Part shown: positions 16,666 to 25,220 of the stretch, in pieces
Layout of the letters: each line of letters starts with the position of its first letter
Numbering within the stretch: the first letter of the stretch is position 1
Origin: Thiotrichaceae bacterium UBA4486
GTDB lineage: Bacteria; Pseudomonadota; Gammaproteobacteria; Eutrophobiales; Eutrophobiaceae
DNA length: 64,000 bases
Direction: 5' to 3'
Assembly: GCA_002389045.1 (NCBI GenBank)
Contig: DGNS01000015.1
Coordinates: 196,217-260,216, forward strand
Notes under the pieces: generated by a model
Told to the model about the DNA's origin: nothing
The model's database searches: none
Seen by the model: the letters and a program-made list of their open reading frames with translations, nothing else
Made by a program: the position numbers and the translations under genes

Positions 16666-18708
16666 TTATGCCGTAATTCCACTGTGTCTTAACAGGGGTT
16701 CGACACTCGGCTCGCGGCCGCGGAACTCGATAAACAGCTCCAGCGGATCGCGGGACCCGCCCTGCTCCAGGATGCTGTGCAGGAATGCCTTGCCGGTCTC
16801 AGTGTTAAAGATACCCTGTTCTTCAAACCTGGAAAAGGCATCCGCTGACAGCACCTCGGCCCACTTGTAGCTGTAATAACCGGCGGCGTAGCCCCCGGCG
16901 AAGATGTGCGAAAAGCCGTTCTGGAAGCGGTTGAAGACGGGCGGCTGAATCACCGCCACCTTTTCGCGCACCTCGTCGAGCAGTTTCTGGATGTCTTCGG
17001 CCGAGTCGATGTGCGGTTGCATGTGCAGGCGGAAATCGAACAGGGAGAATTCCAGTTGCCGCACCATCTGCATACCGGACTGGAAATTCTTCGCCGCCCA
17101 CATTTTCTCGAACAGGTCCGCCGGGATTTTCTCACCGCTTTCGTGATGGCGGGCGAACAGATCCAGCGCCTCGCGCTCCCAGCACCAGTTTTCCATGAAC
17201 TGGCTCGGCAGCTCGACGGCATCCCAGGGCACACCGTTGATGCCGGATACACCGGCGTAGTCGACCTTGGTCAGCATGTGGTGCAGGCCATGGCCGAATT
17301 CGTGGAACAGGGTGATGACCTCGTCGTGGGTGATCAGCGCCGGCTTGCCGCCCACCGGCGGTGTGAAATTACAGGTCAGGTAGGCAACCGGTGTCTGGAT
17401 TGCCGAGTCCAGTTTGCGCCGGACCACGCATTCATCCATCCAGGCGCCGCCGCGTTTGTGCTGACGCGCGTACAGATCGAGATAAAAGCTGCCCTGCAAC
17501 TCGCCGCTGCTGTTGTAGATATCGTAAAACATCACATCGTCGTGCCAGGTGGTGACACCCTCGCGCGGCCGGATATCAAGTTCATAGAGTCGCTGGACCA
17601 CGGCAAACAGGCCCTGCAGCACGTTCGGCACGGAAAAATACGGGCGCAGATCCTCGTCGGAAAACCGGAACATGGCCTGCTTCAGTTTTTCCGAGTAGTA
17701 AGCAATATCCCAGGCATCGAGCGTGTCGATGGTGTATTTTTCACGGGCATGGCGATTGATCTGTTCCAGGTCCGACTGTGCCACGGGCGCTGATTTGTCG
17801 GCGAGCTCGGTGAGAAAATCCAGTACCTGCCGCGGCGTGGCGGCCATCTTTTTCGCCAGCGATAAATCGGCGTAACTGGCGAAGCCCAGCAGCCGTGCGA
17901 CTTCCTGGCGCTTGTTGAGAATATCCACCATCACCGCGCTGTTGTCCCACTGCGGATCGTTGCCGGCTTCGGCCGAGGCGCGCGTGTTGTAGGCCGTGTA
18001 CATTTCCCGGCGCAGTCCGGCATCGTCGGCGTACTGCATCACCGGCAGGTAACAGGGGAAATCCAGGGTCAAAAGCCAGCCCTCGTCAAAACCATTCTCA
18101 CGCGCCGACTGCTCCAGGTAACCGAGCACCGATTGCGGCAGGCCGGAGAGCATGTCCTGATCGGTCACGTGTTTTTTCCAGGCCTGGGTGGCGTCGAGCA
18201 GGTTTTCCTCGAAGTGTGTTTGCAGCTTCGTCAGTTCCTGTTGCAAGCGCCGATAGGTGGCGCGGTCCTCGCTGTTCAGTTCGATCCCGGAGAGGCGGAA
18301 ATCGCGCAGGGCGTTGTCGATGAGCTTTTTCTGTGCCGGTACAAGGCGCGCGTATTCGTCACTTTCGGCCACCGCCTTGAAGCCTTTATAAAGGCCTTCG
18401 TGCTGTCCCATCTCGGTGGCGTAGTCGGACAATTTGCCGATGCATTCGCTGTAGGCTTTTCTGAGCGCCTCGTTGTCGCGAACGCTATGCAGGTGACTGA
18501 CCGGTGACCAGGCGCGATTGAGGCGATCATCCATGTCTTCCAGCGGCTGGACAAAGTTATCCCAGGTGAACCCGGTCGTTGTCGAGACCAGGTGTTCGAC
18601 GGTTTCGCGGTTCTCTTCGAGTAATTGATCAATGGCGGGGACGACGTGTTCGGGTTGAATGCGATCAAACGCGGGCAACGTATGATTTTCAAGTAACGGG
18701 TTATTCAT
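16666..18708 (-). CDS. prlC: Oligopeptidase A (M3 family)
   Basis: 680 aa with an HEFGHGLHH zinc motif. The length and layout match M3 thimet/oligopeptidase A. Confidence 0.85.
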   Translation of the reverse strand: MNNPLLENHTLPAFDRIQPEHVVPAIDQLLEENRETVEHLVSTTTGFTWDNFVQPLEDMDDRLNRAWSPVSHLHSVRDNEALRKAYSECIGKLSDYATEMGQHEGLYKGFKAVAESDEYARLVPAQKKLIDNALRDFRLSGIELNSEDRATYRRLQQELTKLQTHFEENLLDATQAWKKHVTDQDMLSGLPQSVLGYLEQSARENGFDEGWLLTLDFPCYLPVMQYADDAGLRREMYTAYNTRASAEAGNDPQWDNSAVMVDILNKRQEVARLLGFASYADLSLAKKMAATPRQVLDFLTELADKSAPVAQSDLEQINRHAREKYTIDTLDAWDIAYYSEKLKQAMFRFSDEDLRPYFSVPNVLQGLFAVVQRLYELDIRPREGVTTWHDDVMFYDIYNSSGELQGSFYLDLYARQHKRGGAWMDECVVRRKLDSAIQTPVAYLTCNFTPPVGGKPALITHDEVITLFHEFGHGLHHMLTKVDYAGVSGINGVPWDAVELPSQFMENWCWEREALDLFARHHESGEKIPADLFEKMWAAKNFQSGMQMVRQLEFSLFDFRLHMQPHIDSAEDIQKLLDEVREKVAVIQPPVFNRFQNGFSHIFAGGYAAGYYSYKWAEVLSADAFSRFEEQGIFNTETGKAFLHSILEQGGSRDPLELFIEFRGREPSVEPLLRHSGITA

Positions 18709-18754
18709 AACGGCTTATGGTCTTCTGTAATGGGAATGGAAATGGCGTCGCAGC

Positions 18755-19708
18755 TTATCCCGTCAGCCGCAGGCTAATCAACCATGTGGCCAGCGCGCCG
18801 CTGATAAAAAACGCAACCAGGCCGGCGCGGTAATAAAGCCGGTAGCGTTTGACCAGGTCCGATTCCGGAAGTGCGGAAAGAATAAAGGGTCGCCGCCGAT
18901 CGCAGGTCTTGCCCATCAGATTCGTCGGCATGGCGACTTTTTCACTGGCGTGCCGTTGCCGGACTTCCTTGTACGCGGCCTCGCGCACGGCCTGCCATTC
19001 CTGCATGCAGATCTCGCCGTCCCGGTTCTGATCGAACCGTGCCAGCAGGGCGTCCGCGTTTTGTTTCCATTCGCGCAGCAGTTCGCGCACATCCTCGTTC
19101 ATATCGAAGTTACCGCCCGCGCCGCCCTCGGTGCGAAACAGGCCGATGGCGTAGAGTGGATCGCCGGGACGCATGCGCTCTTCCGTATAGCGGTAGCGGC
19201 CGAAACCACGGCTGAATCGCGTGAATAAAGAGTGGCGGCCCGAAGTACTGCCGCCGGGCTGTTGTGACGGTGTTGCCGAGTGGCCGCGCCAGACATTCTT
19301 GACGGCGGGCGTGACCCTGGCGCCATCGGGATCGATCACGCACAGCCCGGTATCGTCGCGGAGCAGGAACAGATCGTCACTGGTACCCTTGCGCAAGGTA
19401 ACCCACCTGGAATTCTTGCCCGAGCCGCGGTGTTCCTCGACGCGGAAGCGGTACCAGGTGCAGGTGGTGCCGGTGAGAGGCGCCATAATGGGCGGGCCAT
19501 CGAGTAACTCCCCGGTGCCGTTCAGTTCAACATAGCCCTGGGCCGCGGAACGAATGCGGGAGGTCGGCGTGTCTTCAAACAGTCGCTTGCGGTAGAAGAA
19601 AATAAATGCGGCGATGAAACCGGCCACGGCCAGCACGGCCAGACCGATGGCCCAGAACCAGAAATCATCGCCCGGGCTGGTGCGGGCCCACTGGGTGATG
19701 CTGCTCAT
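18755..19708 (-). CDS. Membrane protein with a GIDE-like domain flanked by TM helices and carrying an EF-hand Ca-binding loop. It is the partner of the upstream LemA gene.
   Basis: 317 aa with an N-terminal and a C-terminal TM helix. The canonical EF-hand loop DQNRDGEICMQE is present. The LemA + GIDE-domain gene pairing is recurrent in bacteria. Confidence 0.45.
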   Translation of the reverse strand: MSSITQWARTSPGDDFWFWAIGLAVLAVAGFIAAFIFFYRKRLFEDTPTSRIRSAAQGYVELNGTGELLDGPPIMAPLTGTTCTWYRFRVEEHRGSGKNSRWVTLRKGTSDDLFLLRDDTGLCVIDPDGARVTPAVKNVWRGHSATPSQQPGGSTSGRHSLFTRFSRGFGRYRYTEERMRPGDPLYAIGLFRTEGGAGGNFDMNEDVRELLREWKQNADALLARFDQNRDGEICMQEWQAVREAAYKEVRQRHASEKVAMPTNLMGKTCDRRRPFILSALPESDLVKRYRLYYRAGLVAFFISGALATWLISLRLTG

Positions 19709-19773
19709 GCGCGCCGACGTGCCGTTTTTATTTCAGAAATACATCCTGCATGGATATCTCCCCGGGCAAGCGT

Positions 19774-20346
19774 TCATTCAAATAACTGCTTCATGTTGAC
19801 GTCTTTCTTTTCTTCCTCGCTGAACTCCAGCAACTCGCGCGGCCCGAAATTGAACATGCGGGCGATGACGACATCGGGGAACTGTTCGATGCGGACATTA
19901 TTATTGTTGACGCTTTCGTTATAGAACTCGCGGCGATCGGCAATGCTGTTTTCCAGGCCGGAAATACGGTTTTGCAAATGCATGAAGTTATCGTTGGCTT
20001 TCAGGTCCGGGTAGGCTTCGGCGACGGCGAAGAGATTGCCCAGACCCATGCGCAACTGGGTTTCCGCCGGTCCCAGCGCAGCGACATCGCCCTTCTCGCG
20101 GGCGTTGAACACGGCGCTGCGTGCCTGCATGACTTTATCCAGCGTCTCCTGTTCGTATTGCATGTATTGCTTGCAAGTCTCCACCAGCTTCGGCAGTTCA
20201 TCGTGACGCTGTTTCAGCAGGACATCGATGTTTGCCCAGGCTTTGTCGACATTGTGTTTGAGTGAAACGAGGTTGTTGTAGAGAGTGATGCCGTAAATAA
20301 CGACGGCCGCCAGCAGACCCCAGAAAATGAATGTGGATACGTCCAT
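19774..20346 (-). CDS. lemA: LemA family protein (the ATG at 20346 is preferred over the upstream GTG at 20415)
   Basis: It has an N-terminal TM helix followed by the conserved LemA core (NNLVSLKHNVDKAWANIDVLLKQRHDELPKLVE...). A GAGGA Shine-Dalgarno lies 8 nt before the ATG at 20346. Confidence 0.75.
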   Translation of the reverse strand: MDVSTFIFWGLLAAVVIYGITLYNNLVSLKHNVDKAWANIDVLLKQRHDELPKLVETCKQYMQYEQETLDKVMQARSAVFNAREKGDVAALGPAETQLRMGLGNLFAVAEAYPDLKANDNFMHLQNRISGLENSIADRREFYNESVNNNNVRIEQFPDVVIARMFNFGPRELLEFSEEEKKDVNMKQLFE

Positions 20347-20528
20347 AACTCTGTCCTCTAAGATGAATGGGCGCCGCGGCCCGGGAACGCTCACAACGAT
20401 TTGAACAAGCACCACATGCTAATGTAAATGAAAACAATTTTCAATTGTAAATCAATTACTTATTGCTTGACCCAGGTCAATCCCTGAGCTAGCTTAGCCT
20501 TTATCTAAAACCCGTCCGAGGAACGATC

Positions 20529-20993
20529 ATGCAAGGCGATAAAAAGGTTATCGAACTACTGAACAAGGTGCTGAAAAATGAGCTGACCGCCATAAACCAG
20601 TACTTTTTGCATGCGCGCATGTACAAGAACTGGGGCTTCAAGGAACTCGACGAACACGAGTACCACGAGTCTGTTGACGAAATGAAGCACGCCGATCAAC
20701 TCATCGAACGCATACTTTTCCTTGAAGGGCTGCCCAACCTGCAGGATCTCGGCAAATTGCGCATCGGCGAGAACCCGAAGGAAATGCTGGAAGCGGACCT
20801 GGCCCTGGAACGCGAAGCTCTGCCCGATCTGAAACAGGCCATCCAGTATTGCGAGGAATGCCGCGATTATGTGTCACGAGAGCTGTTTGAGAGCATCCTG
20901 GAGAGTGAGGAAGAGCATATCGACTGGTTGGAAACCCAGCTCGAGTTGATGGAAAAAGTCAGTATGGAGAACTACTTACAGTCAAAAATGTAA
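20529..20993 (+). CDS. bfr: Bacterioferritin
   Basis: 154 aa. [36 protein letters not shown] is the hallmark Bfr N-terminus. Confidence 0.9.
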   Translation: MQGDKKVIELLNKVLKNELTAINQYFLHARMYKNWGFKELDEHEYHESVDEMKHADQLIERILFLEGLPNLQDLGKLRIGENPKEMLEADLALEREALPDLKQAIQYCEECRDYVSRELFESILESEEEHIDWLETQLELMEKVSMENYLQSKM

Positions 20994-21033
20994 ATTTATT
21001 GGGGATCAGGCCGGAGAATTGAAATTTTCTATT

Positions 21034-21050
21034 GAAAATGATTCTCATTA
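21034..21050. promoter_or_regulatory. Putative Fur box upstream of bfd
   Basis: GAAAATGATTCTCATTA matches 13 of 16 positions of the GATAATGATAATCATTATC consensus. Bfd is classically Fur-repressed. Confidence 0.45.
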
Positions 21051-21101
21051 GTACTATCTTTACTCTTAACGATAGCTACTTATGACCCGGTTTGATGCCC
21101 C

Positions 21102-21284
21102 ATGTTTGTATGTGTTTGTAATGCTGTAACCGAGAATGATATCCGCAGCGCCGCTTCGCGCGGCGTGGATTCACTCGAAGCCCTGACCAGTGAACTCAAC
21201 GTTGGTGGTTGCTGCGGCAGTTGCTGCGAAATCGCCACGGAATGCCTGAATAACGCACTGGTCACGGCACAGCCCGCCGCCTGA
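21102..21284 (+). CDS. bfd: Bacterioferritin-associated ferredoxin (2Fe-2S, BFD-like)
   Basis: 60 aa. MFVCVCNAVTE...CGSCC matches the BFD-like [2Fe-2S] domain. Confidence 0.7.
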   Translation: MFVCVCNAVTENDIRSAASRGVDSLEALTSELNVGGCCGSCCEIATECLNNALVTAQPAA

Positions 21285-21384
21285 TTTAACTGTCCCGCCT
21301 TTCGCTGCCGCAGTTGATTGCGGCAACGATCACCGCTTTGTTTCAAGAATAACCAACGCCGATGAGACGTTAATACATGACGTC

Positions 21385-21621
21385 TCAGTGATACCGGGTA
21401 TGGTTTGCCTCAACTGCCACATTCGACTCGTTTCTCAACACGCGTATACGATGCGCCGCTTCCAGCAGCGTCTCCACCACCGCGAAAAAGTGCGCCATTT
21501 TCAGGCGCAGTGATAGCGGGCCAATGCCCAGGTGCACGGTATTGCAGTCTTCGCACATCCACACATCACAGGCCCGGGTACGGCTAATGGCCAAGAGCTC
21601 ACACGGTTTATCCATGATCAT
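21385..21621 (-). CDS. Small hypothetical Cys-rich protein, third gene of a 3-gene operon
   Basis: 78 aa with CxxxxxxxxxxCDVWMCEDC Cys spacing suggesting a possible metal site. Its start abuts the stop of the upstream ORF. Confidence 0.3.
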   Translation of the reverse strand: MIMDKPCELLAISRTRACDVWMCEDCNTVHLGIGPLSLRLKMAHFFAVVETLLEAAHRIRVLRNESNVAVEANHTRYH

Positions 21622-21624
21622 TCC

Positions 21625-21924
21625 TCAGTGCAGGGTGGAGCCCGCCAGGGGCATCCGGGTGGATTGCTGGCCGTGGTCGGCGCTATGCGCGGCAATCGCC
21701 AGCCATTGATCCATGACTCGTTCGCTGGTGCGAATCATGAAACCGGAATCCTGGTCCGGATGGCGGGCGAGCCGCTGCAGATGATCGCGGATCCCCCTGA
21801 GTACGCTCGGATCCGGTTGCCGGGCATACCGTGTCATCAGGAATAACAATGAAGCGAGGACGACTTCGTAGCTCGTTGGACCGCCTTCTGCGGTTGCGTT
21901 GTGTTCTGGCTGTTCAGTTTTCAT
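21625..21924 (-). CDS. Hypothetical protein, middle gene of the 3-gene operon
   Basis: 99 aa with no recognisable motif. It overlaps the upstream ORF by 11 nt. Confidence 0.3.
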   Translation of the reverse strand: MKTEQPEHNATAEGGPTSYEVVLASLLFLMTRYARQPDPSVLRGIRDHLQRLARHPDQDSGFMIRTSERVMDQWLAIAAHSADHGQQSTRMPLAGSTLH

Positions 21925-22288
21925 GGGAGCTCCTTGACTTCACTTGGTTTGACTTCACGTGGCTTGATTTCATGTGGCCGAACCGGGGCGTGAAACGCCA
22001 GTCGCCGGCCGGGTTGGCTTTATCTGTTGAGTAGGTCGCGTCATTGCGTGCATCGCCGGACCGGGAGACCAGACTTTCACCGCAGGCAATCAGGAACAGG
22101 TTTTTAACCAGCAGCTTCATGCCGTATTTATCCGGTTGCAGAAATTCTTCTGGCTTAATCTCACCGTTCTCGAACATTTCCTGGATTTTCTCCATGCGCC
22201 AGCGCAAGCGTACACGGCCGGTTCCCTGTTCGATGACACACAGTTGTGGCTTCCCATCAACGAAATTGGCATGAACGATATATTGCAT
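21914..22288 (-). CDS. Hypothetical protein, first gene of the operon. Its 3' third is encoded by three 15-bp tandem repeats.
   Basis: 124 aa. The N-terminal ~70 aa look globular (MQYIVHANFVDGKPQLCVIEQGTG...). The C-terminal tail is low-complexity (HVKSNQVKSRS) and is coded by the tandem repeats at 21948-21992. A divergent Fur-box promoter lies upstream. Confidence 0.3.
   Translation of the reverse strand: MQYIVHANFVDGKPQLCVIEQGTGRVRLRWRMEKIQEMFENGEIKPEEFLQPDKYGMKLLVKNLFLIACGESLVSRSGDARNDATYSTDKANPAGDWRFTPRFGHMKSSHVKSNQVKSRSSHEN
21948..21992. repeat. 3 x 15-bp tandem direct repeat (TGACTTCAC[T/G]TGG[T/C]T) overlapping the junction of two small ORFs
   Basis: The sequence reads gacttcacttggtt tgacttcacgtggct tgatttcatgtggcc. 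Confidence 0.6.
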
Positions 22289-22329
22289 TGCAAATAATTC
22301 TCCCTTACGTATTATATTGCCTGATTGTA

Positions 22330-22348
22330 AATGATAATTATTATCATT
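22330..22348. promoter_or_regulatory. Canonical palindromic Fur box (AATGATAATTATTATCATT) in the divergent promoter between the 3-gene operon and the porin / FMN-binding / PepSY operon
   Basis: A perfect 19-bp palindrome matching the Fur consensus core, located about 40 bp upstream of the porin ATG. Confidence 0.7.
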
Positions 22349-22384
22349 TGTAATACTTTTTAGTTTAATCCAGGGAGAAAAAAA

Positions 22385-23731
22385 ATGAGCTTTTTAACTT
22401 TTGATAGCAAAATTTTATCAAAAACAATAGGTTGTATTTTCTTTAGCAGTATGGTGGCCTTACCGGCGAGTGCCGAAGCCCCTTCCAGCGAGGAAATGTG
22501 GCGTATGATCCAGGAGCAGCAAAAGCTGATTGAGGAGTTGAAAGCCCGGCTGGAAGAGACAGATGGAAAGGTCGAAGTCGCCAAGAAAGAAGTGAATGAG
22601 GCAAAACAGGAAGTCGAGGCGGCTACGGAAGCCATGGCGGTGGCCCAGGAAACCCGCTCTCAAGGCGCCTCATGGGCGGACAAAACCAGCATCGGCGGTT
22701 ACGGGGAACTGCACTACAACAACCTGAACGATCAGAATGAAAATGACGGTACAGGCGCCGATGATGTGGATCGTGTCGACTTCCACCGTTTTGTGATCTA
22801 TCTGGCCCATGAATTCAATGACGATATTCGTTTCTTCTCTGAACTGGAGGTTGAACACGCCCTCGCCGGCGATGGCCAGCCAGGGGAAGTGGAACTGGAA
22901 CAGGGCTGGATCGAAATGGATATCAATGACCATCACCGGGTTCGCGCCGGCCTGGATATACTGCCCATCGGCCTGATCAACCCGACGCACGAACCGGATA
23001 CGTTCTACGGTGTTGAGCGCAATCGTATTGAATCGGAAATCATACCGGCCACCTGGTGGGAAGCCGGGATCAGCGTCATTGGCGAATTCGCACCGGGCTG
23101 GAATTATGATGTGGTCGTGCATTCCGGTCTGGATGTGCCCACTACCGGTGGCAGTGCATTCCGTCCCCGATCCGGGCGCCTGAAAGTGGCCAATGCCGAT
23201 GATACCGAACTGGCGACAACGGCACGTTTGCGTTACACCGGTATCGCCGGCCTGGAAGTGGGTATCTCGGGCCAGTACCAGCGCGATATCACCGCCGGCG
23301 ATGACCTGTTCGATGTTCCGGCGACGCTGTTCGAAGGCCACGTCGACTACAAGCACAGCAGCGGTTTGGCTGTCCGCGCCCTGTATGCACGCTGGGACCT
23401 GGACGATGACAACCTGCCCCTGCCCGGCGCCGGCGTGGATGCCGTCAATGCCGACAACCTGGTGGGCTGGTATGTGGAACCTGCGTACCGGTTCAAGGCG
23501 CCCTTCAACATTCCGGGCGATATCGGCGTGTTCGCACGCTACAGTGAATGGGATCAACGCAACCAGCTTGGTACACACCGGTTTGAGGAGTTCTCAAGTA
23601 TCGTAACCGGTTTTAACTGGTGGCCGCATGAAAACGTGGTGTTCAAGTTCGATTACCAGAACGAGGATGCGGACGCCCCCGTGGACCGGGTGCTGGACGG
23701 CGTCAACCTCGGCCTGGGCTATCAGTTCTGA
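22385..23731 (+). CDS. Outer-membrane beta-barrel porin with an N-terminal coiled-coil extension
   Basis: 448 aa with a signal peptide, an E/K-rich coiled coil and alternating beta-strand patterns ending in a C-terminal ...GLGYQF (terminal aromatic Phe typical of OMPs). It sits in the iron-uptake locus. Confidence 0.5.
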   Translation: MSFLTFDSKILSKTIGCIFFSSMVALPASAEAPSSEEMWRMIQEQQKLIEELKARLEETDGKVEVAKKEVNEAKQEVEAATEAMAVAQETRSQGASWADKTSIGGYGELHYNNLNDQNENDGTGADDVDRVDFHRFVIYLAHEFNDDIRFFSELEVEHALAGDGQPGEVELEQGWIEMDINDHHRVRAGLDILPIGLINPTHEPDTFYGVERNRIESEIIPATWWEAGISVIGEFAPGWNYDVVVHSGLDVPTTGGSAFRPRSGRLKVANADDTELATTARLRYTGIAGLEVGISGQYQRDITAGDDLFDVPATLFEGHVDYKHSSGLAVRALYARWDLDDDNLPLPGAGVDAVNADNLVGWYVEPAYRFKAPFNIPGDIGVFARYSEWDQRNQLGTHRFEEFSSIVTGFNWWPHENVVFKFDYQNEDADAPVDRVLDGVNLGLGYQF

Positions 23732-23760
23732 TTATCCGGACCATGCGTTGTGATAAACTC

Positions 23761-23783
23761 CGGGGCGTTTTTTTACGCCCCGG
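23761..23783 (+). other. GC hairpin with a T7 loop (CCGGGGCG-TTTTTTT-ACGCCCCGG) between the porin and FMN-binding genes. Possible intra-operon attenuator or partial terminator.
   Basis: An 8-bp perfect stem located 8 nt upstream of the ATG at 23791. Confidence 0.4.
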
Positions 23784-23790
23784 TATTGTT

Positions 23791-24312
23791 ATGAAAACAA
23801 GTCTGTGCCGATATCTTTTTTCAGCATTGCTGTGTACCTCATTCATGGTTGCTGCAACAGGTGTATATATGCAGCCGGAGGAATTCATCAAGTCGGTGTT
23901 TGCCGGCAATCCTCCGCAGGCGGAGCGACTGTGGATCACCCGGGAACTGAACGAGGACATACGCCGCATCCTGGAACGTGATCTCGGCATGATGCGCCTG
24001 CGCTACTGGCAACGTGACGGGCGCACGGCCTGGATTCTGGAAGAAGTGGGCAAGGAAAAACCCATTACCACCGGCTGGGTAGTCAATGACAGTGGCATCG
24101 AACAGCTCGAAGTGCTCATTTTTCGCGAGAGCCGGGGCTGGGAGATCCGTTATCCGTTTTTCACCGATCAGTTCAAGGGGTTACAACTGAAACAGAACCT
24201 GGAACTGGACGGACATATAGACGCCATATCCGGGGCCACGCTGTCGCGCAACGCTATGCTCAAGCTGTCGAGGCTGGCGCTGTTTCTGCACGACCGGGTG
24301 ACGGGGCAATGA
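23791..24312 (+). CDS. FMN-binding domain protein (FMN_bind / NqrC-RnfG-like). The start is reassigned to the ATG at 23791.
   Basis: It has a signal peptide and a C-terminal HIDAISGATLSRNAML motif (the SGAT-S flavin attachment motif of the FMN_bind domain). Confidence 0.55.
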   Translation: MKTSLCRYLFSALLCTSFMVAATGVYMQPEEFIKSVFAGNPPQAERLWITRELNEDIRRILERDLGMMRLRYWQRDGRTAWILEEVGKEKPITTGWVVNDSGIEQLEVLIFRESRGWEIRYPFFTDQFKGLQLKQNLELDGHIDAISGATLSRNAMLKLSRLALFLHDRVTGQ

Positions 24313-25028
24313 CCTGGAAAATTCTCCAGCGCTGGCACCGGCGCATCGGTATCACGGCCGCCATTGTCGTCGTCCTGTTATGTGTCAGCGGAATTTTACT
24401 GAACCATACCACTGAGCTGAAATTGTCTGAACGCTACGTCGGCGTGGGCTGGATGCTCGACTGGTACGATATTCACCCGGCACAGCCACCGCTCAGTTAC
24501 CGTGTCGGGCAAACACACATCACCCGGGTGGGTGATCGGCTTTACTATAACGACGAGGAGGCGGCTACCGCAGTTACGCAATTGCACGGTGCCGTTGCCT
24601 ACGGCGATTGGGTCGTGGTTGGCGTGGATGCTCGCCTGCTGGTTTTCGATGGCGGCGGGCAACTGGTTGAACAACTGGATGGCATGGATGGCGTTCCTTC
24701 CGGTATGCGGGAGTTGGGAGTGGATGACCACGGCCAAATCATCATCCGCGCCGCGCATGGCGATTACCGTCTCGATTTCAGTTCGATTCACTGGGAGGAA
24801 GAGGATGAAATAGCGGCGGCATGGAGCGAGCCGGTCGGGATCAACCCGGCGCTGGAGCAGAGATTGCTCGAGCGTTACCGTGGCCGCGGATTGCCCGTGG
24901 AGCGTGTCCTGCTTGATTTGCATTCCGGCCGCATACTGGGGAACCAGGGTGTCTGGCTGATGGACCTGTTCGCGGTGCTGTTCCTGGTGCTGGCGGTGAC
25001 AGGCATCTGGATGTGGCTGAAGCGTTAG
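24309..25028 (+). CDS. PepSY-associated TM helix protein
   Basis: 239 aa. An N-terminal (WHRRIGITAAIVVVLLCVSGILLNH) and a C-terminal TM helix flank a periplasmic domain. It is typically co-encoded with an FMN-binding protein in iron-responsive clusters. Confidence 0.6.
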   Translation: MTWKILQRWHRRIGITAAIVVVLLCVSGILLNHTTELKLSERYVGVGWMLDWYDIHPAQPPLSYRVGQTHITRVGDRLYYNDEEAATAVTQLHGAVAYGDWVVVGVDARLLVFDGGGQLVEQLDGMDGVPSGMRELGVDDHGQIIIRAAHGDYRLDFSSIHWEEEDEIAAAWSEPVGINPALEQRLLERYRGRGLPVERVLLDLHSGRILGNQGVWLMDLFAVLFLVLAVTGIWMWLKR

Positions 25029-25170
25029 CGCGCATTTCTCACCATAAATGACTGGGTTGGCCCAGTGGGCCATCGATCACAGGGAAATTATCCGTAATTG
25101 CAGATGACTCGTTGGATATTGTATACGGATTTTCCTCCACGTTTGATCGAGCGCAAATCATTCTTTAAAT

Positions 25171-25197
25171 AAATGATATAAGTTATCATTATCATTC
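25171..25197. promoter_or_regulatory. Putative Fur box (tandem TTATCATTATCATT) upstream of the Fe3+ ABC transporter operon
   Basis: AAATGATATAAGTTATCATTATCATTC contains a reverse-complement match to the GATAATGATAATCATT consensus. Confidence 0.55.
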
Positions 25198-25220
25198 AAT
25201 TTGTGGTTAGGGTTTACCGA

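Noticed and set aside
16906-17793. 295-aa plus-strand ORF and others inside prlC
   Set aside because: They are antisense to oligopeptidase A, whose HEFGH motif is unambiguous.
22670-23578. 302-aa minus-strand ORF and 137-aa plus-strand ORF overlapping the porin gene
   Set aside because: The porin frame has a signal peptide, a coiled coil and a C-terminal Phe. The others are frame shadows.
24396-25073. 225-aa minus-strand ORF opposite the PepSY gene
   Set aside because: It is antisense to a gene with clear TM topology and conserved operon context.
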